From Thermoplasmatales archaeon SW_10_69_26 (GTDB lineage: Archaea > Thermoplasmatota > SW-10-69-26), in the NCBI GenBank assembly GCA_003009755.1, contig PXUB01000045.1, forward strand, positions 1 to 64,000: a stretch of DNA of 64,000 bases, written 5' to 3'. Shown piece by piece: positions 9,152 through 18,463 of this stretch. A model generated the notes under the pieces. The model ran no database searches. It was not told where the DNA came from and saw nothing but the letters and a program-made list of their open reading frames with translations. How positions within the stretch are numbered: position 1 is the first letter of the stretch; each line of letters starts with the position of its first letter. The position numbers were made by a program, and so were the translations under genes.

Positions 9152-10000
9152 CTACGCGTACTCGTAGAAGCCCTCTCCGCTTTTCTTGCCGAGCTTGCCG
9201 TCCTCGACCATCGCTTCGAGGAGCTCGGGTGGTTCGAAGCGGTCGCCCAGCTCCTCGTGGAGGTAGCGGGCGATCTCGAGCCGGGTGTCGAGGCCGATCA
9301 TGTCGGTCAGTTCCAGCGGCCCCATCGGGTGGTTGTAGCCCTGCGTCATCGCGGCATCGATCGCCTCGGGCTCGGCGACGTCGTCTTGCACCATGCGGAT
9401 CGCTTCGAGCCCGAGCGCGACGCCCAGCCGCGAGCTGGCGAACCCGGGCACGTCGCGCACCACGATGGGGTCCTTGCCGAGGTCTTCGGCGAAGGTGACG
9501 GCCTCGTCCACGCGCTCGTCGCCGGTGGCGGGAGCGTGGACGACCTCGACCAGGTCCATGATGTAGGGCGGGTTGAAGAAGTGCATGCCGAGGACCCGCG
9601 CGGGCTCGGCCAACGGCTCGGCGATGGCGTCGACGGACAGCGAGGAGGTGTTCGTCGCCAGCAGGGCGTCGGCGGGCGCGTTCTCCTCGACGCGCTGGAA
9701 CGTGTCGCATTTGAGATCCAGATCCTCGGGCACGGCCTCGATCACGACGTCGGCGTCGGCGACGGCGGCGGCCAGGTCGGTGGTCGGGGTCAACCGATCG
9801 AGGGCTTGCTTCTTCTCGGAGGCCGTCGTCTTGCCTCGGTCGACGCCCTCCTGCAGGGCGTCCTCGATGTTCCCGACGCCGGCCTCGAGCGGGGCGTCGG
9901 CGACGTCGAACAGGTGCGTGGGGTGGCCCTCGCGGGCGGTGAGCAGCGCGATCCCGTGACCCATCGTGCCGGCGCCCAGGACGGCGACGTTCGCGGTCAT
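9152..10000 (-). CDS. 3-hydroxyacyl(butyryl)-CoA dehydrogenase
   Basis: GAGTMGHG, EAVPE, NTSSLS, GMHFFNP and HPMGP motifs. Confidence 0.93.
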   Translation of the reverse strand: MTANVAVLGAGTMGHGIALLTAREGHPTHLFDVADAPLEAGVGNIEDALQEGVDRGKTTASEKKQALDRLTPTTDLAAAVADADVVIEAVPEDLDLKCDTFQRVEENAPADALLATNTSSLSVDAIAEPLAEPARVLGMHFFNPPYIMDLVEVVHAPATGDERVDEAVTFAEDLGKDPIVVRDVPGFASSRLGVALGLEAIRMVQDDVAEPEAIDAAMTQGYNHPMGPLELTDMIGLDTRLEIARYLHEELGDRFEPPELLEAMVEDGKLGKKSGEGFYEYA

Positions 10001-10077
10001 CGCGGGGACAACCCTCCAGGCGTTGAAGAGGTTGGCGCCGGCCGCGCCGAGACGAGGAGCTTTTCACGGGCAGACCC

Positions 10078-10671
10078 ATGCCGGGGGTCGTGTCCGAGCG
10101 ACCGGCCCTCGAGGCGTTGGATCGGTTGGGGTTGACCGACGACGTCTACCGCGTGAAGCAGAGCCTCGTCCGCAACCGGTACACGGTGTACGACGAGGGC
10201 GGCGAGGCGGTGCTCGAGGGCAAGCAGAAGCTGTTGAAGATGAAGGAGGAGTTCCCGTTCGAGCACCCGGACGGGACGCCGGCGTTCACGGTCAAGGCTC
10301 AGCAGGTGTTCGACGTCGCCGGCGACTACGCGATCGTCGACCCCGAGACCGACGAGCCGGTGCTGGTGCTGGGCAAGCAGTTCACGTTCTTCCACCACGC
10401 CTGGACGATCTCGGACGCCGAGGGTCGGCTGCTGGCGCGGGCCGAGAGCCGCAGCACGCTGCTGGACGTGCTTCGCAGCGTCAGCTCGATCTTCGCGTTG
10501 ATCCCCTACCGGTACGCGATCGAGGACGCCGACGGCGAACCGATCGGCGAGATCCGCGAGCGGTTCAGCTTCCGCGACAAGTACGATGTCGCGGTCGAGG
10601 ATGCCGGCGAGGTTCCCCGCAGCGCCTTGTTGGCGGCCGCGATCGTGATCGACGCGCTCGAGGGCAACTGA
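10078..10671 (+). CDS. LURP-one/scramblase-like (Tubby C-terminal fold) protein
   Basis: Repeated Y-x-I-x-D-x-x-G beta motifs, FSFRDKY and a hydrophobic C-terminal helix. Confidence 0.75.
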   Translation: MPGVVSERPALEALDRLGLTDDVYRVKQSLVRNRYTVYDEGGEAVLEGKQKLLKMKEEFPFEHPDGTPAFTVKAQQVFDVAGDYAIVDPETDEPVLVLGKQFTFFHHAWTISDAEGRLLARAESRSTLLDVLRSVSSIFALIPYRYAIEDADGEPIGEIRERFSFRDKYDVAVEDAGEVPRSALLAAAIVIDALEGN

Positions 10672-10721
10672 CCTGGTGGCGTGAGCGTGGCCGCCAGCCA
10701 CCCAGGCCGGCGCGATCGGGT

Positions 10722-12353
10722 TCAGGCGGGGTAGCCGCCGGTGCCGGCGTTCGTGTTGGGATCGACGTCGACGTTGACGACGACGGGGACGCCGTCGTCG
10801 GCGATGCGCCAGGCTTCCTGCAGGGCGTCGGGGAGCTCGGGCTCCTCGCGGACGTGGATGCCCTCGGCGCCCATGCCTTCGGCCACCTCGTCGTAGCGCG
10901 TGGACGCCAGGTCGGTGGCGACGGCGCGCTCCTCGCCGTAGTACTGGAGCTGGGGTACGCGGATCTGGTTCCAGGCGGCATCGTTGGCGAGGACGAACAC
11001 GGCGCCCATGTCGTGGCGGGCCAGCGTCTCGATCTCCATGCCGTTGAGGCCGAAGCTGCCGTCGCCTTCGAGCACGAGGGGGGTCTCGTCGTCGAACACG
11101 ACGTTGGCGGCGATCGCGAAGGGCGGGCCCACGCCCAGGCAGCCGAAGGGGCCGGTGTCGAGCCAGTGCTCGGGCTCGGTGGGGCGCAGGATCTTGGCAG
11201 CGGTGGCGACGATGTTGCCGCCGTCGCCGATGAACAGCGCATCGTCCTCGACGTAGGGAGCGATGTGGTCGACGAGGTCGATCGCGGAGACGCCCGCCTC
11301 GGCGGCGGGCACGTCGCGCACGCTCTCCATCTTCTCGGCTTCCTTGCCCTGAATCGTGCCGTGCCAGTCCTCCCGGCGGGTCCACGATCGGCCCTTGGCC
11401 TCCGCGAGCAGTTGCTCGCAGATGGCGCCGGTGTGGCCGACGAGCGCGAGGTCGCAGGCCTTGTTCTCGCCGGCGCGTTCACCGGACTGGGCGGCCTGGA
11501 TGATCGTCGCGTCGTCGGCGACCTTGTCGCCGAACCCGGTGCGGAAGTCCCAGGGCATCGTGAGGCTGAGCACCGCGTCGGCGCGCTTGAAGGCCGAGCC
11601 CCGCGTAAGGTGGTAGGCGTCGTCGACGTCGGGCCCGAACGTGCCGCGCCCGAGCCCGTTCTGGAAGCCGGGGATGCCGGTGAGCTCGACGAGGTCGCGC
11701 ACCTCGCGGACGCCCTCGCCCCACCGCACACCGCCGCTGGCGACGATGGCGGGCCGGTTGGCGGCTTCGAGCACGTCGACGGCCTCCCGGATGGCTTCGG
11801 GGTCGGCCAGCGAGCGCGGGGGCCGGGTGCGGACGTCCGCGGGGGCCTCGGTGGCGGTGTCGCCGAACAGGACGTCCCACGGGGCTTCGAGGAACGTGGG
11901 CCCCATCGGGAGGCTGGTGGCGTGGCGGTAGGCGCGCTCGACGTACTCGCCCAGGCGCTGGGTGTCGTGGATGCGGCGGCTCCACGTCGTGGCCGCATCG
12001 ACGAAGCCGAGGTGGTCGCTCTCCTGCAAGGAGCCCCTGTCGATGTCCTCGAGCGGGCCCTGGCCGCCGATCGTGATGACGGGCGAGTCGCAGCGTTTGG
12101 CGTTCTCGAACCCGGTCATGGCGTTCGTGACGCCGGGGCCGGCGGTGACGACGGCGACGCCGGGTTCGCCGGTGAGGCGGGCGACGCCGTCGGCGGCCAT
12201 GACGGCGGCCTGTTCGTGGCGGACGTCGATCACCGGGATGTCGCGGTCCAGGCACCCGTCGTAGATGTTCATCACGTGGCCGCCGCACAGCGTGAACAGG
12301 CCGGGCGCGTCGGCGCGGTCGAGCGTCTCGGCAACGAGGTGGCCGCCGTCCAT
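10722..12353 (-). CDS. Thiamine pyrophosphate-dependent enzyme (acetolactate synthase-like / 2-hydroxyacyl-CoA lyase-like)
   Basis: FTLCGGH, DVRHEQAA, VTAGPG, WLDTGPFGCLGVG and GDGSFG...NDAAW motifs. Confidence 0.88.
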   Translation of the reverse strand: MDGGHLVAETLDRADAPGLFTLCGGHVMNIYDGCLDRDIPVIDVRHEQAAVMAADGVARLTGEPGVAVVTAGPGVTNAMTGFENAKRCDSPVITIGGQGPLEDIDRGSLQESDHLGFVDAATTWSRRIHDTQRLGEYVERAYRHATSLPMGPTFLEAPWDVLFGDTATEAPADVRTRPPRSLADPEAIREAVDVLEAANRPAIVASGGVRWGEGVREVRDLVELTGIPGFQNGLGRGTFGPDVDDAYHLTRGSAFKRADAVLSLTMPWDFRTGFGDKVADDATIIQAAQSGERAGENKACDLALVGHTGAICEQLLAEAKGRSWTRREDWHGTIQGKEAEKMESVRDVPAAEAGVSAIDLVDHIAPYVEDDALFIGDGGNIVATAAKILRPTEPEHWLDTGPFGCLGVGPPFAIAANVVFDDETPLVLEGDGSFGLNGMEIETLARHDMGAVFVLANDAAWNQIRVPQLQYYGEERAVATDLASTRYDEVAEGMGAEGIHVREEPELPDALQEAWRIADDGVPVVVNVDVDPNTNAGTGGYPA

Positions 12354-12401
12354 GCGGGAGTCGTACGTGCGTGGGGGGTGAAAGAGGTTGGCAAGGTCGG
12401 C

Positions 12402-15400
12402 TCACGCGTCGTCGACGGGGGGCATCGTGAAGTAGAACGTCGAGCCCTCGCCGGGCTCGCTTTCGACCCACATGCGGCCGCCGTGCCGGTCGACGATCTG
12501 CTCGCAGAGGGCCAGCCCGATCCCGGTCCCCTCCTCTTCGGGGCCGCGCAGGCGGCGGAAGACCTCGAAGATGCGGTCGGTTTGCTCTTCGGGGATGCCG
12601 ATGCCCTCGTCGTGGACGGAGAACTGCCACATCTCGTCGCGCGGCTCGGCGTCGACGTGCACGCGCGGAGGCTCGTCGCCGCTGTAGCGTAGGGCGTTGG
12701 AGAGCAGGTTGCGGAACACCTGGGCGAGCTGGTCGGGGTCGGCCGCCACGGTCGGGAGGTCGCCGATCGTGATCTCCCCCTCGGTCTCCTCGATCTGCAG
12801 CTGGAGGTCGGCCATCGCGTCGTCGACCACGCCGCGCGCGTCGATGGCCTCCAAGGGCTGACCCTGGCGGGTGACGCGGGAGTACGCGAGCAGGCTGCGG
12901 ATCATCTCCCGCATGCGCTGGGCCCCGTCGATGGCGTATGCGAAGAACTCCCGTCCCTCCCCATCGAGCATGTCGCCGTAGCGATCCTCGATCAGCTGGA
13001 GGTAGGTGGACACCATCCGCAGCGGCTCTTGCAGGTCGTGGCTGGCGGCGTAGGCGAACTGCTCGAGGCGTTCGTTGGACTCGGCCAGCCGTCGCTCGCG
13101 CTCCTTGAGCTCGGTGACGTCCTGGACGACGACCAGGCCGGCGTAGACGTCCCCGTCGACGTCGCGGACGGGGATCGTCTGGACGCGCACCTCCCGGTCG
13201 GGGCGGATCGCGACCTCGGCCTCGCCGTGGTCGCCTGCGAGGGCCGTCTCGTACGGGTCGACCAGGCGCTCGGCGACGTCGGGATCGTGGAGGCTGTGGA
13301 CCGTCTGGCCGACGACCTCTTGGCCTTCCATGTCCAGCTGGTCGAGCAGCTCGCCTCCGGCCACGGTGTATCGGAGGCGCTCGTCGAACATCGCGACCGC
13401 GCCGTCGGGGAAGTTCTCGATCAGCGTCCGGTGGCGGCGCTCGGACTCCTCCAGCTCGCGCTCGCGGTTGCGCCGCTGGGTCATGTCGCGGGTGACCTTC
13501 GCGAACCCGCGAAGCTCGCCCTCGTCGTCGTGGAGCGCCGTGATCGTCACGCTCGCCCAGAACCGCGATCCGTCGGCCCGCACGCGCCAGCCCTCGTCCT
13601 GGACCGACCCGAACTCGGCCGCGTGGTCGAGGTTGCGCTGGGGGCGCCCGATCTCGCGGTCCTCGTCCGTGTAGAACACCTCGAAGCTGCGGCCCAGGAT
13701 CTCGGTCTCCGTGTACCCCTTGATCCGCCGGGCCCCGTTGTTCCAGCTCCGCACCTGGCCCTCGGTGTCGAGGATGAAGATCGCGTACTCCTCGACCTCG
13801 TCGACGAGCGACGCGAAGCGCTCCTTCTCCTCCCGGAGCCGGCGCACGTGCTCGCGGCGCTCGGTCATGTCGTGGGCGATCTTCGCGAACCCGCGAAGCT
13901 CGCCGTCCTCGCCGCGTAGCGCCGTGATCGTCACGTTCGCCCAGAACCGGGAGCCGTCGGCGCGCACCCGCCAGCCCTCCTGCTGGATCGATCCGTACTC
14001 GGCGGCCACCTGCAGGTTGCGCTCGGGCACGCCGGCGTCCCGGTCCTCTTCGGGATAGAACACCTCGAAGCTGCGGCCCAGGATCTCGGCCTCCGTGTGG
14101 CCCTCGAGCTGCCGGGCGCCCTTGTTCCAGCTTCGCACGTGGCCCTCGGTGTCGAGCATGAAGATCGCGTACTCCTCGACCTCGTCGACGAGCAGGTGGA
14201 AGCGCTCCTTCTCGCGGCGCAGCTCCTCCTCGCGGTTGCGCCGCTGGGTCATGTCGCGGGTGACCTTCGCGAACCCGCGAATCTCGCCCTCGTCGTCGTG
14301 AAGCGCGGTGATCGTCCCGCTCGCCCAGAACCGCGATCCGTCGGCCCGCACGCGCCAGCCCTCGTCCTCGACAGATCCGTACTCGGCCGCCGCCTCGAGG
14401 TTGCGCCGGGGGCGCCCGGCCTCGCGGTCCTCCTCCGTGTAGAACACCTCGAAGCTGCGGCCCAGGATCTCGGCCTCCGTGTACCCCTTGATCCGCCGGG
14501 CCCCGTTGTTCCAGCTCCGCACGTGACCCTCGGTGTCCAGCGTGAAGATCGCGTACTCCTCGACCTCCTGCACGAGCGAGGCGAAGCGCTCCTTCTCCTC
14601 CCGGAGCCGACGCACGTGCTCGCGGCGCTCGATCTCCTGGCCGACCCAGCGACCCATGAGGTTGACGAACGCCCGCTGGGCCTCGCTCAACGGCTCGATC
14701 GGTTCCTCGTTCACGAAGCAGATCGTGCCCCAGGGCTCGTCGTCGACCTGGATCTCGGTGCCGACGTAGCCCCCGATGCCCGACCGCTCGTCGGCCCGAT
14801 CTCCGGCCCCGTCGGTCTCCCGCGCATCGGGGACCTCCCTGATGTCGCCGGCGCCGATCGTCTCCCGGCAGTAGGTCTCCTCGAGGTCCGGGGCCGAGCC
14901 GGTCTGGACGAGGCCCGAGCCCGCGACTTGCACGATCTCGTAGCGGCCCTCCGGGACGTCGATGCGGACGACGTGGCCGTTCTCCACGCCCAGGCGCTCG
15001 CGACCCAGCTCCAGCAGGCGCTGGATCTTCTCGTCGCCGTCGAGCTGGGGCGCCGTCATGATGTCGTCGAGCTTCTGGCGGTAGCGTGCGCTCGCTTGGA
15101 GATCGGGCTCCCGTCGCGTCTCCGGTTCACCCGGCGGGGCCGGCTCGGTCTCCAGCTTGGCCGAGAGCACGTTGGCGACGCTCTCCACGAAGGCGCGGTC
15201 GGCCTTGGTGAAGGCCTGCCCGTCGGTGTCGTAGACGCCGACGATGCCGAGGGGTTCGCCGTCGGCCAGCAGCGGGGCCGCGATCCCGGTCTCGACCCCG
15301 TGGCGGACGAGGCGGTCGGTGTGCGGGATCGGCTCCTCCGCGGCGCCGAAGACCACCGCTTGGCCCCGGGCGAGGACCGGGCCGCCGAGGTGCTCGCGGT

Positions 15401-15659
15401 GCGAGGGCCCGTCCTCGGGTGCCTCGCCCTCCCGCCAGCCGACGCCTTCCCGCAGCTGGAGCCGGTCGCCGTCCCTCGTCAGGGTGAAGATGCCGACGTA
15501 GGCGGCGTCCAGCGTGTCCGCGAGCACGGCGGCTGCATCGTGCATCAGCCAGTCGGGATCGTCGCCGGCGAGCGCCCGGCGCCCGAGGTCGGCCACGATC
15601 TCGTGCTGGCGGTTGCGCAGCTGGACCTCTTCCTCGCCGGCCCCGCGGGACGGCCCCAT
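12402..15659 (-). CDS. Multi-sensor histidine kinase (2 GAF, 4 PAS, HisKA, HATPase)
   Basis: FAYAASHDLQEPLR H-box, NLLSNA, DEGIGI, GTGIGL. The ORF upstream of ATG 15659 is a shadow of the opposite-strand gene. Confidence 0.92.
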   Translation of the reverse strand: MGPSRGAGEEEVQLRNRQHEIVADLGRRALAGDDPDWLMHDAAAVLADTLDAAYVGIFTLTRDGDRLQLREGVGWREGEAPEDGPSHREHLGGPVLARGQAVVFGAAEEPIPHTDRLVRHGVETGIAAPLLADGEPLGIVGVYDTDGQAFTKADRAFVESVANVLSAKLETEPAPPGEPETRREPDLQASARYRQKLDDIMTAPQLDGDEKIQRLLELGRERLGVENGHVVRIDVPEGRYEIVQVAGSGLVQTGSAPDLEETYCRETIGAGDIREVPDARETDGAGDRADERSGIGGYVGTEIQVDDEPWGTICFVNEEPIEPLSEAQRAFVNLMGRWVGQEIERREHVRRLREEKERFASLVQEVEEYAIFTLDTEGHVRSWNNGARRIKGYTEAEILGRSFEVFYTEEDREAGRPRRNLEAAAEYGSVEDEGWRVRADGSRFWASGTITALHDDEGEIRGFAKVTRDMTQRRNREEELRREKERFHLLVDEVEEYAIFMLDTEGHVRSWNKGARQLEGHTEAEILGRSFEVFYPEEDRDAGVPERNLQVAAEYGSIQQEGWRVRADGSRFWANVTITALRGEDGELRGFAKIAHDMTERREHVRRLREEKERFASLVDEVEEYAIFILDTEGQVRSWNNGARRIKGYTETEILGRSFEVFYTDEDREIGRPQRNLDHAAEFGSVQDEGWRVRADGSRFWASVTITALHDDEGELRGFAKVTRDMTQRRNRERELEESERRHRTLIENFPDGAVAMFDERLRYTVAGGELLDQLDMEGQEVVGQTVHSLHDPDVAERLVDPYETALAGDHGEAEVAIRPDREVRVQTIPVRDVDGDVYAGLVVVQDVTELKERERRLAESNERLEQFAYAASHDLQEPLRMVSTYLQLIEDRYGDMLDGEGREFFAYAIDGAQRMREMIRSLLAYSRVTRQGQPLEAIDARGVVDDAMADLQLQIEETEGEITIGDLPTVAADPDQLAQVFRNLLSNALRYSGDEPPRVHVDAEPRDEMWQFSVHDEGIGIPEEQTDRIFEVFRRLRGPEEEGTGIGLALCEQIVDRHGGRMWVESEPGEGSTFYFTMPPVDDA
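13471..14630 (-). repeat. Three near-identical intragenic PAS-PAC repeats, 384-bp period
   Basis: EEYAIFxLDTEGxVRSWNxGAR...GWRVRADGSRFWA occurs three times; the same nucleotide string recurs at 13471 and 14239 (2 x 384). Confidence 0.9.
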
Positions 15660-15824
15660 GAGGAAAGCTTCATCGGCCAGCCGCCTAAGCTCTCCGCAGG
15701 CGGTCCCTGGTCGAGGAAGCGCTTGCTGGCGGGAGCAGGCGGGCCGCGGGCGGGCACAGCCGTCGCTGGTCGGCCCAACGCTGATATCCAGGCTCCCCTT
15801 TCGCGTGGCCGAGGAGTTCCCCCC

Positions 15825-16658
15825 ATGCCCGACTTCGATCCCGAGTACGGCGACCTCGTGACGTACCAGACGAAGGAGAACGTCGCGAAGATCACGCTCA
15901 ACGCGCCCAAGAGGGCGAACACGTACAGCTTCGAGATGATGCGCGAGCTCGACGACGCGATCCTCGAGGCGCGCTTCGATCAGGACGTCGAGGCGATCAT
16001 GCTGACGGGTGCCGGCGACCGCTTCTTCTGCGCGGGCGCCGACATCTCGATGCTCAACGAGGCCGATCCCAAGTTCAAGTACCAGTTCTGTCTGCACGCC
16101 AACGAGACCCTCAACCGGCTCGAGCAGACGGACATGCTGGTCTTGGCGGCTCTGAACGGGCACACGGTCGGTGGCGGGCTCGAGATCGCGATGGCCTGCG
16201 ACCTGCGCGTCGCGCACGACCCCACCGAGGGCGAGAACGAGGCCAACATCGGCCTGCCCGAGGTCAACCTCGGCGTCCTCCCGGGCACCGGGGGCACCCA
16301 GCGGCTGGCTCGCCTGATCGGCAAGTCCCGCGCGATGGAGTGGATGACGACGGGTCAGCTGAAGAGCTTCCAACAGGCGGCCGAGGTCGGCCTGGTCAAC
16401 GAGTTCCTCGAGGCCGACTCCGTCGAGGCGTTCGAGGGCAAGGCCCTGGAGTACGCCTCGCAGTTCACCAGTCCCGACAGCGCCTCGCAGGCCGTCGGCA
16501 ACATCAAGCGCGCCGTCCAGAGCGGCCCCGAGGTCGACTTCACCAGCGCGCTGGCGATGGAGCGCGAGCTCCAACAGCGCCTGTTCGAGTCCGAGGACGC
16601 CGACATCGGGCTCGAGGCCTACGTCAACGACGAGCGCCCCGAGTTCACCGGGGAATAG
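15825..16658 (+). CDS. Enoyl-CoA hydratase/isomerase family protein
   Basis: FFCAGADI, GGGLEIAMACD and PEVNLGVLPGTGGTQRL motifs; both catalytic Glu present. Confidence 0.92.
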   Translation: MPDFDPEYGDLVTYQTKENVAKITLNAPKRANTYSFEMMRELDDAILEARFDQDVEAIMLTGAGDRFFCAGADISMLNEADPKFKYQFCLHANETLNRLEQTDMLVLAALNGHTVGGGLEIAMACDLRVAHDPTEGENEANIGLPEVNLGVLPGTGGTQRLARLIGKSRAMEWMTTGQLKSFQQAAEVGLVNEFLEADSVEAFEGKALEYASQFTSPDSASQAVGNIKRAVQSGPEVDFTSALAMERELQQRLFESEDADIGLEAYVNDERPEFTGE

Positions 16659-16840
16659 CTCCCCACGTCGAAGCGCCGGCGTGACGAGGGCCGCTCGTCG
16701 ACGATTCGGGGTCCCGGCCGCAAGGCCGGGGCCACCTCTTTTTGATCGAAATTTTCCCCAAAATTTCGCGAGCGCCCCGAGTTCACCGGGGAATAGCTCC
16801 CCACGTCGAAGCGCCGGCGTGACGAGGGCCGCTCGTCGAC
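16631..16840. repeat. Perfect 72-bp direct repeat flanking a 66-bp family A element
   Basis: 16631-16702 equals 16769-16840 and includes the ECH stop codon. Insert 16703-16768 has the hairpin CCCGGCC-GCAA-GGCCGGG, a T-tract and the palindrome CGAAATTTT-CCCC-AAAATTTCG. Confidence 0.9.
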
Positions 16841-16860
16841 CTGTTCTTCATTATCCTCCC

Positions 16861-18351
16861 TCAGCCCGAGCAGGGCTGGCTGTGCAGCGTCTGACGCTCC
16901 ACAGGGTCGGGCCCGTCGAGCCGGATCTCGTGCTCGACGTACACCAGCTCGAGGCTCTCGGCCGCCTCGCCGTGGCTCGTCCGGATCTGTTCGCATAGGT
17001 ACCCTGCGAGGGCGGCTTGCTCGGCGTCGGTCACCTCGGGCAGGTCCTTCAGGTAGCGGTGCCACAGCGTGGACGGGTAGGCGTCCGCCAGATCCCCGGG
17101 CGGCTGGCGGGTGTAGGGTTCGCCTTGGATGGCGTCCACGGTCTCGCCGGAGCCGAGCTCGGCGGGGGCTTCGACGTAGCCGTACGTGGTCGAGGCGGGC
17201 GCGAACATGCGCCACTCGTGCTCGGCCGCGCGGCCGGCCTGGTCGAGAGCGGCCGGCTTCGCCACGAACCCCAGCGCCATCGCGTGCCAGAGCAGACCAG
17301 CGACGACGAGGACCGCCAGCCCGCTGTGCACGAGATCGCGGCCGGTCTCGCGCAGACCCTCCGGCAACCCTGGCGACCCGGGTGACCGTGTCCTCGACGG
17401 GATCGAGGCCGCGATCCGTCGCCGAAGAGGCGTGGCGGTCGCCTCGAGACGATCCCAGGCGACCGGCGGGACGACGACGAGGAGGGCCGCGATCGAGACG
17501 AGCGGGAACACGCCCAGCATCAGGGTCGCCAGCATCCCCAGGTGCAGGGCGGCGAGCAGGCCAGCGTAGGCCGCCCGCGGCCAACCGGGGAGCAGAACGA
17601 GCAACGGCGAGGCGATCAGGGCGGCGAACCAGACCCAGTTGGCCGCCACGAGCAGCTCTGGGACCTGAGCGAGGCCGTCGCCCAAGCGGACGGTGAAGTC
17701 GTCGAGGGCGAAGATCCGCCGCACGGCGGTGCCCTGCATCCAGCCGGAGCTGCGGGTCTTGAACACGGCGTTCGTCGCGTACACGACCACGATCTGCAAC
17801 AGCAGGCCGACCGAGGCGGGGCTGGCCACGACGTCCGCCTGGGCCGAGCTTTCCTCGGATCGGTGGAGGGCATCCAGCGACCAGCGGCGCCCCAGCGGCA
17901 GGAACAGGCCGAAGAACAGGGTGGCCAGCACGAGCGTGTCGCCGGCGTTAAGCACGTGCGGGTTGCGAGCCTGCATCGAGGCCAGGCCCAGCCACGTGAG
18001 GATCGCGGCCCAACGGGTGCGGTAGCCGACGAGCAGGGCCGCGCTCGCGGCCGCTGTGAGGCTCAACAGGGCGAGTTGGCCAGCCCAGGCACCGGTGACG
18101 GCGTGGAGGCTGATCGAGGCCGCCACGGGGAAGGTCTCCGCCAGCAAGCTGCGCGGCAAGACGCCGTCGTCGGTGTAGAAGGCGCCCAGGTCCGGCAACC
18201 GGTAGGCGAAAAGGTCGACGAGCACGAGCGCGGCGATCGCGATGCGGTAGGCCGCCAGGCCGCGCGTGTCGATGCCGAAGCGACGAGCCAGCGCCTGGTG
18301 CAGGCGGGCCCCCCAGCCGTCGGCTGTCGGCTCCTCCACGCGGATCGCCAC
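16861..18351 (-). CDS. HTTM-domain membrane protein (vitamin K-dependent carboxylase-like)
   Basis: IDTRGLAAYRI, FYTDDGVLPR, RNPHVLNAGD, LPLGRRWSLD and EWRMFAP motifs; multiple TM helices. Confidence 0.85.
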   Translation of the reverse strand: MAIRVEEPTADGWGARLHQALARRFGIDTRGLAAYRIAIAALVLVDLFAYRLPDLGAFYTDDGVLPRSLLAETFPVAASISLHAVTGAWAGQLALLSLTAAASAALLVGYRTRWAAILTWLGLASMQARNPHVLNAGDTLVLATLFFGLFLPLGRRWSLDALHRSEESSAQADVVASPASVGLLLQIVVVYATNAVFKTRSSGWMQGTAVRRIFALDDFTVRLGDGLAQVPELLVAANWVWFAALIASPLLVLLPGWPRAAYAGLLAALHLGMLATLMLGVFPLVSIAALLVVVPPVAWDRLEATATPLRRRIAASIPSRTRSPGSPGLPEGLRETGRDLVHSGLAVLVVAGLLWHAMALGFVAKPAALDQAGRAAEHEWRMFAPASTTYGYVEAPAELGSGETVDAIQGEPYTRQPPGDLADAYPSTLWHRYLKDLPEVTDAEQAALAGYLCEQIRTSHGEAAESLELVYVEHEIRLDGPDPVERQTLHSQPCSG

Positions 18352-18463
18352 GCCAGCACCCTACCTGGTCCAGCATCAAGCTTCCCCCTGCCGGGGCGAG
18401 CTCGGCACCGGCGGCCACGTGCCGCCCGGCAGTTTTTCCCCGAGGTCGTCCCTCCATCGCGCG

